A DNA stretch of 64,000 nt. It comes from Syncephalis fuscata S228. Lineage: Eukaryota; Fungi; Zoopagomycota. Of this stretch, positions 53,748 through 64,000 are shown piece after piece. Numbering within the stretch: the stretch's first letter is position 1; every line of letters begins with the position of its first letter. Both the position numbers and the translations under genes were made by a program. The notes beneath the pieces were generated by a model. That model saw nothing but the letters and a program-made list of their open reading frames with translations. It was not told the DNA's origin and did no database searches. The stretch spans positions 1 through 64,000 of the forward strand of contig JAHLTZ010000040.1 of the NCBI GenBank assembly GCA_025786725.1, written 5' to 3'.

Positions 53748-54771
53748 ATGAATACCAGTTTTATAATCAATGGCCAGGACGTGGAATGGATGAACAATGC
53801 TACCCGCTTATGGGGAATTCCTCTCCACCCAACCGGTGAAAAATACTTGTACGAGTATATAGCGGAAACATCGGGCGACGTACGCGCCGCTCATGCTCGA
53901 CTATCAAGTCTTTATCTTCAATGTATTACTAATATGTTAATTGCCGTTATTTTTTCAAAAAATCTTTTAATGTCGTTGCGTATGGTGGTAAATCGGCCAT
54001 TCATCTTGGCAGGATGGTGCTGCTTAATCCCATCGCTATTTGGCATTGGCTGGACTATCCTTGTGGTTCTCTATTTTTTCGATACAGTAAACTGTCGAGT
54101 ATCGATTTGGTATTTTATTGTTGTTATTGCCGCCTCAAGCATTAGCAATACTGCCATCATGTTACACAAAGCATATCTTGTCCTTCTAAAACAACAATGG
54201 ATTCTAATTGTTGGTATTGTACTTATGGTACCACAACTAGTATTTATGCCTTTTTTCCTTGCATTCTCATGGGCCACTACAGAACTCGATGGAGGCTGCG
54301 TTGTTCACTATTCGGATATTGTTCCTCTATACTGGTTTGGTGTCACTATTCCTATTAATATTCTTTTTTCGGGAATTGTCAGCTATATTGCCTACAAACA
54401 ATACAAGGCGTTCGGCTCTGAAGCGTGGAAACGGTTAACACGCGATGGCATCCAAACAATGTGTTTAGTGGTGGTGTTCAATGTTATTTGTGCAACCATA
54501 ATTTTATCCAAGGTGATTGGCAACTATTCGGATATGTTCTTTGTTGCAGACTGGTAAGCTTACATTTATTAAACAGCTCTCTCTATATTCTACTAACCAA
54601 ATACTTAGGGTAATAACATCAACTATTTTGGTTCATCATTGTGCTACTCCGCGTAAGCGAGCTAGATCAACAAGCGAATCTGCTAATGGCAACAATCGCC
54701 GGTTTAAGCCAAAAATCTTTGCCGTAAAATCATCACAAGCCCACTCAATCTCACATATGACACTGGTGTAA
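53748..54771 (+). CDS. Orphan ~7TM GPCR-like membrane protein, paralogue B, 2 exons
   Basis: Collinear with and highly similar to paralogue A (32139-33168), with the same 269-aa first exon and the same intron. Confidence 0.87.
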
Positions 54772-55730
54772 AGCCATTGCTATACACTGGTCTAGATCCA
54801 TTTTATGGCTAATGAATGTTACTAATATTACGAGTTCGAACTGTTTTGTACAAGAAAATTCTTAAAGCTTAGTGCACTGCCCAAAGTTCGGTCATAAGGC
54901 TTGAATTAAATCCATTTAAATTTTCTTTGTACTATTAATCAGCAGCCTCATTGTTACCGCCAACTATTACATGAATGACGATAATTCAATAAATCTTTAT
55001 TACGCTCTTTACATATTAGCTATTGACATACAAATCATAGCAAAAGCTTAAACGCTGTACCGATAGTATTTTTATTATTGTTCCAAATTTAATAAGATAT
55101 TACAATCATGGATTATACCAAAAGATAAAAAGGAAGTAGTACCGATCTAGCCAAATAAAGAAACACACATTGTTAATAAAGTCGAAGAATATGGCATATA
55201 CTTAACTTTTGTTTTAAGTACAACTTTTATCAATAAATTGGCACAGTATATTTGACTGAGACAATTCTGATAACTGACTTAGTATATAATTGAGGTAAAA
55301 AAGCTAAATTGATTTTATATTATCATTGTGTTAGTTATTTATAATGGCGATAAATAAAACCATATATTGCGAGAATTAATGGTGTCCGAAAAGGCAATTG
55401 CAATAACTTTACAATGTGTTTAATTATTAAATTTAAATTTAACATTTTACCAAATCTATTATTACGATTATTACAATTATTATTTTATTTAACTACAATA
55501 AAAAATGACTGAATAGCGAGTAGTATCAAATATTGCGAGCACATTGGTATATGTATGCTTCAAGCTACATCATAAATGTATCTTATTGATCCAAATTACA
55601 TTCAACGATACAATTTATATATATTCTTTTTGCCATTTTATACTACTCAGATGGGTAAATAGATTCATAACCCATACAACTAACTAGTGGTATCATCAAG
55701 GCGCTTTATTTCTATTATTATTGCTATTTT

Positions 55731-58700
55731 CTACAATAAACCGTCTTGTTGCAATAATGGACGAACATCCGCTTCACTACGGCCTAGAAATAGTTGCCAT
55801 ACTCTGGATGGATCTGTGCTGCCACCAAGTGCCAGTACTGTGTCCCGGTAGCGTTGACCCACTTGTTTCAACGCATCACCACGTTGATGCTTGAAGGCAG
55901 CATAGGCATCGGCCGAGTAAACCTCAGACCATTTATAACTATTATTATATTATTGTACTGTTATTAATCTTATATTTATTGGTTTGTTTATTGCTTACCT
56001 GTAATAGCCAGCACCATAAGATCCATTGAAGATATGAGCAAAGCTACATAAAAACCGGTCTTCGGCCAGACGAGGTGGCAGCTTATACAACTGACTAATT
56101 CGTCTATCGACTTCAAATGGCCAATCTACATTCGATCCCACTTTGGTGCTATGCAACTCTAGATCAATTTGAGAAAACAATAACTAGTAGTTGTAACGAT
56201 TAATAATACGTGTGTACAAATCCTATTATCATTATACTTACTTGTCTTTGTGTGGCTAGACCCGATAAGAATATACGTTCTCGTTGCAAAGCATCAATGA
56301 TATCATTCGGTAGAGGTTCATTTGTTTTAACATGTCCTGACAATGCTTGTAGCCAATCTTTTTCATAACAAAAGTTTTCCATAAATTGAGATGCCACCTT
56401 ATTAGATATTAGATTAGACAACGATAATTAATGAATAATAAACTATTAGCAATATTACCTCAATGAAATCCCTAATAATTATAAATATTAATTTCTGTAT
56501 CTAATAATAATGTATATACTCTTATTTACCATTCAATACCCGTGACGCCGGATACTTGTGGCATATCTTCAATTGTCAATAGCTAGTAGTGAAGTTAATT
56601 AAATAATACGTATTATAATCGAACAACACCTTACATGTTGCAAACAGTGACCAAATTCATGGAATAAAGTCGTTACATCGCTATACTTCATAAGAGATGC
56701 CTCATTTGCCGATAATGGAGCTGGCTGATTACAAATAAGATAGGCTATAGGGTCAAATCAGTCATTCTATTAGCCAATAACTAATCATTAATAAACGATA
56801 CTTACCAACAGGAAGACGTAGATTGTTTGGCCGTTGCCAACGAGTAGCACAACTGTCCATCCATGCACCTGATCGCTTTTCCTCTGGACGACTATATGTT
56901 ATACAATCGCTTTTAGTATGAATGTAGCAGCGATATAAACGCACTCTTACCTATAGAAATCGCCGTAGAAATAAGCAATTGGTCGCTCACTCTTCTGGTC
57001 GCGTATTTCGAATACTTTAACATCTTCATGCCATACACTTGGCGCACCCGGGGTTCCTCGTTCAATTTCACGTATATTCACACCAAATAGCTGTTCGGCC
57101 AATGAAAACATACCGGCAAGTACACGAGGGAATGGAAAGTATTCGGCCACTTTTTCTTCATCATATTGAAGGATCGATTCACGGTATCGCTCACTGACAA
57201 AGGCCGAGTTCCACGGCTGTAATGGACCTGGTAAATTAAGCTTTTGCTCAGCAAATGCTGTCAATTGCTCAAGCTCTTTCTCGCCGTGATTGTACGCAGC
57301 AATACGTAGCGATTCAATCAGATTAGTTGCTCGGTCAAGATTACCAGCCATTTTTGTGACAAGTGACATCTCAGCATAGTGTTGATAGCCAAATAAGTGA
57401 GCCAGCTCTATAAATGGTTATATTCATATTATACTTGATAATAACTAGATTTATTTACCTTGCCGTAACTTTAAAATTTCATATAAAATTGGTTTATTAT
57501 TTTCATTGCCCGTTGATGCCTTTGTAATATTGGCTCGATGAATCTAACATTACTCATTGTAAGTAGCCATACTATTAGTTAACCATTAATTAATCACCTC
57601 TTCTCGAAGCATCTCATTTGTACAGTATTTCATAAATGGTATAATGGTTGGATGATCGAGCGTTATCAGCCATGGACCCAATTCTGCAAACTATCAGTAT
57701 TTAATACATGAAAATGTATATAACTTGCCTGCATCGCCGGTCCCATGCCCGCGTAACTTGGCCTGATATGACATGGACCGCATCAATGTATCGGGACAGC
57801 CGGCCAACTGTGCTTTATCCTCAACTAAACGGCCATATTTCTTAATTGCATCCAATAAATTATTGCCGAACGTCAAAGAAAGTGACGATAATGCTTGGTG
57901 AATTTCATCGTTACGACAGCGTTCTGGTGATGTTGGATCTAATGCCACACCTGATTGTTCCATCGCTTGCAATCGACGTTCTACAACACGTTGTTGTGTC
58001 GATGACAATTTAGACCAGGCACTTTGTGTGGTATGCATCGATTGCAATGCATCGTACATGGCCCTTGACTGTTGCATACGCAAACTCAATTCAATCACTT
58101 TTGGCTATCATATAGCTGATTAATATCAACAATAGTGTAATCAATAATACACTACCTGAATGACTGCCATGGCATCTCGTACTATTTTTTGGTCTTTTAC
58201 CGCACTTATATGCTGAATAACACCAAAAGTGCGTTCTAATCGATCCTCCAACTCTTCAACTATAGATAAATAGACTCAATAATGCTATTACTATTCGTTC
58301 TACTATTCTATTACCTTGCCCGAAAGTACCCTCCCACGTTGGCGTAAACTCTGCTTCTCTTTTGGTGAATTCCGCCGACATTTCAGCTAATAGCTGGTCA
58401 AATGTTGGTACTATATGTTCTAGTTGAATTCCCGCAAAATCAGGAAACTGGCCAATATTCAATAGCGGATCTGAAGATGTAATATGAATATTGTTTGCTA
58501 CAGTGGCTAGTGTGTTCTGTTGTAGCCATGACGGATGTCGTTGTAATGAACGATAGTCATATCGTGAACGAATGTAGGTTGACGCAGCTAATATGGCTGT
58601 CGACATACAAGCTTTACTTTGTGCTGCTGTTCTAGCGGTTGTTAAAGCTGGTGTTCGACGTAAGTAGGCCGACGACGCGCCACGAGCTATGGTCGCGTGA

Positions 58701-58741
58701 TTAACACGGCGAGTGGCATTTCGTAGTAATGAAAACGACAT
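55731..58741 (-). CDS. M3A oligopeptidase A (PrlC/organellar oligopeptidase type) with N-terminal mitochondrial-type presequence, many introns
   Basis: GPWLITLDHP, YSRPEEKRSGAWMD, LFHEFGHCLQH (HEXXH), [51 protein letters not shown]. Confidence 0.92.
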
Positions 58742-58810
58742 TGTTCGTTAATAGAAACAAAAGGCAAGTATAAAAGTATACGCGTAATGAGAAAAAGAAT
58801 TTAATAGCAA

Positions 58811-60519
58811 TTATCGAACACGGATTCCCTTATAATTCTTGGCTTTCTTATCGCCAGGAAGTTTAGTCTTTACAGTCTTTGCACTTGCTTCAAAGACGCG
58901 CCATATCTTAAGTGTCTCGTCGGCCGCGGCGGTGGCCAGCATTTGTCCATCTGGACTAAGTGCCGAGTAGAGGACACGCGTTTCATGGGCGGGAATATCA
59001 ATTACACGGGCCATCGATGGATAATTCCAAATGGTCAATTGGTTATCAGGATGGCCGTGTGTTGAAAGCAGCTCTTTATCATGTGGCGACCAGAATAGAC
59101 CGGATACTTGTGAACCAGTATTAAGTGTTGATAAAAGTGCACCATTATTTGAGTTCCATATGTTAATACAGCGATCATTGCTGCCACCACCTGTGGCCAA
59201 TAAATTTGGCTGCCACGGACACCAGGATAATGCCTAGTGTATAGATTAATCGGTAGGTTATTAATAATTGTAATTAATAGTAATTATGTAATCGTATAAA
59301 TTATTAAGGTTGTATTAATTGTGTAAATTACTTACTTTAACAGCTGCCGTATGATTTGCTTTTGTATAACGTGGTGCAGCCGATGAACGGGCATCCCATA
59401 GATTAACAATGTTGTCATTGCCACCACTAGCTAGCATTTCACCGCCATAGTGCCAGGCAAGTCCACAAACATCGCTTGTATGGCCTAGAAGCTCGGCCAT
59501 TTTATGCTGGGCTATACGTACGTCATGCTGCCAAATACTGCCGTCACGGCAACCAGAAGAAAGCGTATGGCTATTCCACGCCATCGATGTCACACGTGTT
59601 CGGTGACCGCGCATTGTACGCATACGTTTACCAGTACTGTATCATATAGCTGAATATCACCTTCCTTTAAACCAACAGCCAGAAAGTCGCCGTCTTTTGA
59701 AAAGCGCAACGAGGCAATTGAATCGCCTTCACTGGCTTCAAATAGTTCTTCAACTGTACCATTAGCACTATTCCAAAGATATACAACACGATCGAGTGCC
59801 ACAGCTAGTATATCATGTTGCGACCAGTCCAGTAGATTAAGATAGTAATCATCTATAATGCCTGGCGCGTCAAGTTTACGTTCAGCCGTGGTGGCAATAC
59901 GACGTCGTTGCTGTGCTGTTTGCTTAGGTGCCACAGGTGATTTTACTGGACAGTTGTAAATGCTACGTAGATCATCGCGTTCATGGCTAGGTGGTTCAGC
60001 ACCAAATGCAAGTATACGCTGGTCGAGAGAAACGCCATAAGCACGGGCAATTTCCTCAGCATATACATCCTCACAGGCGGTGTTATCGGCTGAGTGAGGT
60101 GGAGCGGATGTTGGCTTTTCTCCGCTATGAACAATACCGCCACTGTTAAGGCCAGTATTTGTAGTATCGTCGAGGGGTGGGCAGTCGCCTTGCTCCAAGC
60201 GCTGCTTTTGCAACTTTTGCTCTTTCAGCGCTACATTAAATTGCGAAGACGGTATACTCATAGCTTGTCGGTTGGGTATAAATCGATCCGACTATAGCGA
60301 TAGGCGTTATTGCTGGTCTATCTATTTTTGTCTAAATAGACTAACTAGCAAATAGCTTACCTGTGGCTGTGGCTGTGGCTGTGACGACGGGGTCTTTTTA
60401 CTTGGACTAGAGGGCGCTGCAGGAGTCCAGTCGCGGGCCACTACTTCCATATTGCCCATTGGTTTCTTTGGACTGGATGGCGTATGCAGCACTACCTTAT
60501 TGTCGTTGGATGATAACAT
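58811..60519 (-). CDS. CDC20: APC/C activator CDC20/fizzy WD40 protein
   Basis: C-box DRFIPNR, RILAF, LDAPGIIDDYYLNLLDWS, ASGGNDN, HTAAVKALSWCPW, ATGGGSND, AAADETLKIW, and an IR-like tail (IRVR). Frameshift near 59625. Confidence 0.94.
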
Positions 60520-62179
60520 GGTGGGTGACTATATTGACAGATCGAACAGTTACCACAGATTCTGTTCCTGTCGACAAAGACTAAGGCGTGACAGGAAATA
60601 GAAAATGTGAATGAATGAAAGCGGACGTAGAAAAGAATGTAAAAAAATAATAAAAACGCGTAATTATTGACATATTTTAAAATAATTAAAGGCGACATTA
60701 CGAGTTCTGTTAACATTTTATTAGTAATTTATTTATTGTTAATTAGGTTGTATCAGTGTCTGTGTTTTAGAGATCAAAAAAAGGAAAATATCCTAAACAT
60801 TCAAGGCCATCGTTATTATTACAACACTGATTACTATTATTGTTGTTATTATCATTATTACTATTGCTTTTTGTATAAAACGTATAAAATATAGAAAATA
60901 ATGGATTGTATATCCGATATATGTGAGTGTGTGTGTGTATGTATCTGAGTATATCTGGGTGTGAGTAGCTGTGAATGAATTCTTATAGTAAATCGTTAGC
61001 TAACTAGTTTGTGTGTGTGCGTGTGCGTGTGTGCGTGTGTGGTCACTTATTTCTCCGCTATCACATTATCGCTACTCTATTACTATTACTTCAATTACAA
61101 TCCACCACGACAACTTCAAACAGCCGCACCTTTTTCCCCACTGCCGACTCATTGTGCGTTTTTTCCACTACTACAATTATACTACTACAACTACAACTAC
61201 TACCACTACTGGTCCATCTTTCTCATTTGTTCATTTCCGCGTAACTGTTTTGTTGCTTGGGTAACGGACTTTTGAATATCAAGTCTATTCTTATTCTGTA
61301 TACTGTAGTCGTGTGTCGTACGTGTCTCTCTTTCGTTGCCCCTCTACCTCAGCCTATCCTCTTCCACTTATCGTTCTTTCCTTCTGTGTGCGGTGTGTGT
61401 GTGTCTGTGTGTGCTTGTACAAGAGTTGATTCTACAACAGTGGTCCTTCTATTGCTTGGCCAGCTTCATCATCCGACGCCTATTCGCCGTTCCATCGTTG
61501 GTAAGTCACGAGACAGATGTTTGGTCAAGAGTGCGAGTGCGATACAAGAGAATGTGATTGATGTATTGGCCTTGAAGTAGCATATAGCCTTTGAATAGTT
61601 TAGTCTAGTTTGAGTCGGCGCGGCTATATGCCACTTTGGAGTTGATTGTAGCTGTAAACACCGCTTCTGCCATATGGGTCAGGTGAACCCACCCGTAATC
61701 TATGCACTGACGAGTTGCCAAAGCGGTTAACATAGCAGGTTTCTATTTACTGTCTATATTATCGACAGTATCATCTTATACAACCAACAATAGTCTATTT
61801 ACGCATTTTTAAATAACAATACTGATTTGTATATTGTTCGTTTGTTTTTGGTACAAACGTTGACTGGTATGTCGCTGTACTGGCTTATTTTGTAAAATAA
61901 GCACAACCGATGGATTAGACTAAATTAGATTAGACTAATGCATATACTAACGATTACTTTTGTTTGTCAATATTAGAGCGGTGCTATTCATTTTATTGCA
62001 ATTACGACTCAATCGTCGTTTTAAAGCATCGTTTTAACGTTCGATTGCCTTGCCAAGCCATTAAACTACGTTTGGCTTTGTTCTCTAGCCATACGTTTGG
62101 AAAGTGTATGCATTTATACGATCTGTATTCCTGCATACACGGTAGAAATAGTATTTAGTATATTGCTGCCGTTCGGTAA

Positions 62180-64000
62180 ATGAGTTCGGCTCACGGAATG
62201 TACGCATCTCAGCGCCCGAACAATGGATCTGGGCGTTCATCGCCCACCGAACATGGCCATGAACGACAGTCCAGCATGGGTGGACTTGGTGGCGAACATC
62301 CAGGAAAGCCTCAGCCAGATAGTTTTGTTCCACATCGCACTGCTCCATTGCCACCACGCTCGAATCAATCGTCCATGAGTCAATCCTCGTATCCATCGAC
62401 AGCCGTAAGCAAAAGTAGTGCAGCAGCCGGATTCCATACAGGACCAGGCTCGGAACGGTTAAGTATTGTATCACGATCGGCACCATCCTCTGCCTCGCGT
62501 GGTATGCCGCCACCACCACCGCCCCCTGGACCCACAATACGTAAAAGTAGTATTAGTGGTGCCCATTTTTTGCCACCACCAATGATTGCACAGCGTAGCC
62601 CGAGTACGGGTAGTGTATCGAGTGATGGCCACTTTTCACCACCAGGAAGTGTTAGTGGCACTATGCCAGCCGGTATTGGCTATTCATCAGCCAGTGGTGG
62701 TGGCGAACTAAGTCCATCTGGCATTCATGGAAATACTGGTGTCGGTATGCATTCCGCATTTCGTGCTAATAACTCGTATCATCAAAGTACATTGGAACCA
62801 ATATCGTCGTCTAACGGTGAAAATGGTACCCGAACCGGTAAAAATATATTTAGCAGTCTTGCTGCCTCGTTTTCAGGCAAGTAATACGTAAATTATGATA
62901 CTATACAAATAACATGGACCTTTATACAGGCCTATTGCCTTCATCTGACAGTAAACCCGCCATATCCTCGCCTTATAATCCAGTTCATTTAACACATGTT
63001 GGTTTTAATCAAGAAACAGGCGAATTTATTGTATGTATCTATATACTAATTAGTTAACTAACTAACTAACTAACTAATTAATTAATTAATTGGTATTTAC
63101 AATATCTAACAAATATTGATTACCTATATTAATAGGGATTGCCTAAAGAATGGCATACTATGTTGAAAAATTCGGGTATTACAGAACAAGAACAAAAGGC
63201 ACATCCACAGGTAATTAAATAGAATAAAACAATAGCAAATAATATTAATTAACTAATTAATTAATCAATCATTATTGGTTGATTGATTTACTACTATTTA
63301 CTATAGGCGGTCATTGATGCTATCAACTTTTTCCAAGATACAAATAAAACAAAGGGCGATGCTATGTGGGAGAAATTCAATGCTGTAACAGGTCAAGCAT
63401 CAGAAAATTCTGATCATGATCGGGTGCCTCCACCACCATTGTCTGCGGGCGATAAAAAGGTACCACCTCGATCACAACACCGTGTACCACCACCGCCACC
63501 ACCTACAGGTAATTCGGTAAGTTAGCTGTTTACATTTATTATGTTTGCACTAACATTGGTATTAATGGCCATACCATTAACGATTAATAGGGCGGATGTA
63601 AGTATAAACACTCATATTTAACCAGTAACTAAATGTAAATGTTATATAATTTAATATCTATAATATTTAGTGAATCCGCACTAGGCCATGTCAAAAAGCC
63701 TTCTTATGGAGGCAAGGGAACAGTTACTGGATCTGCTCCACAATTGCCGGCACTTTCTTTAGGCAGTTCATCGATGTCGATGTCATCACCACAGCCGCGA
63801 ACAAAAGCACCACCGGCTGCAACTACACCAGCAGCGGCCACGGCAGCCGGAGGAAATGCACAACGACGCCGTCCACCACCACCAAGTTCTGAGGACGTGA
63901 TTGCTAAATTAAAGGCTATTTGTACAGATGGCGACCCAACAAAGATCTACCGAGGACTTGTAAAGATTGGTCAAGGGTAAGTAATACAAATAAACAGTGC
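62180..64000 (+). CDS. STE20: PAK/STE20 kinase, 5' part (CRIB domain and start of kinase domain), truncated by window end
   Basis: CRIB ISSPYNPVHLTHVGFNQETGEFIGLPKEW...SGIT..EQKAHPQAV and kinase start LKAICTDGDPTKIYRGLVKIGQG. Confidence 0.92.
63054..63090 (+). repeat. Intronic (CTAA)n/(TTAA)n microsatellite
   Basis: TTAACTAACTAACTAACTAACTAATTAATTAATTAAT inside a STE20 intron. Confidence 0.8.

Noticed and set aside
58811-60519. CDC20 (and MPE1, flippase) as pseudogenes
   Set aside because: Only isolated 1-bp shifts with fully conserved motifs; sequencing error is more likely.
61009-61580. Overlapping ORFs upstream of STE20
   Set aside because: They arise from (GT)n and (ACT)n simple repeats in what looks like promoter or 5' UTR sequence.

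Overview
AT-rich eukaryotic DNA from an early-diverging fungus, with many short GT-AG introns and the standard genetic code. A Zoopagomycota fungus such as Syncephalis is a plausible source, but that is inference. Housekeeping genes include MPE1/RBBP6, PEX12, MAS2, a WIPI/HSV2 propeller, a P4-ATPase flippase, a LITAF protein, a PhnP-like hydrolase, MEU1, an MFSD1-like transporter, USP, RQT4/TRIP4, RPS14, an M3A oligopeptidase, CDC20, the 5' part of STE20, and a tRNA-Pro(CGG). Accessory material lies between them: (i) a decayed Fanzor/TnpB-type RNA-guided nuclease C-terminus at ~39.4-39.75 kb that the ORF track misses; (ii) three paralogues of an orphan GPCR-like multi-pass membrane family, two of them in a ~1.7 kb inverted duplication; (iii) a ~2.2 kb foldback with ~1 kb near-identical arms; (iv) an interspersed non-coding repeat with ~115 bp tandem subunits, seen at five loci; (v) two tandem AA11-like LPMO genes; (vi) an intron-rich oligopeptidase A with bacterial/plant-type motifs. 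Single-base frameshifts interrupt several genes, including essential ones, which suggests assembly indel errors rather than pseudogenes. All family calls come from motif recognition by eye; no searches were run.
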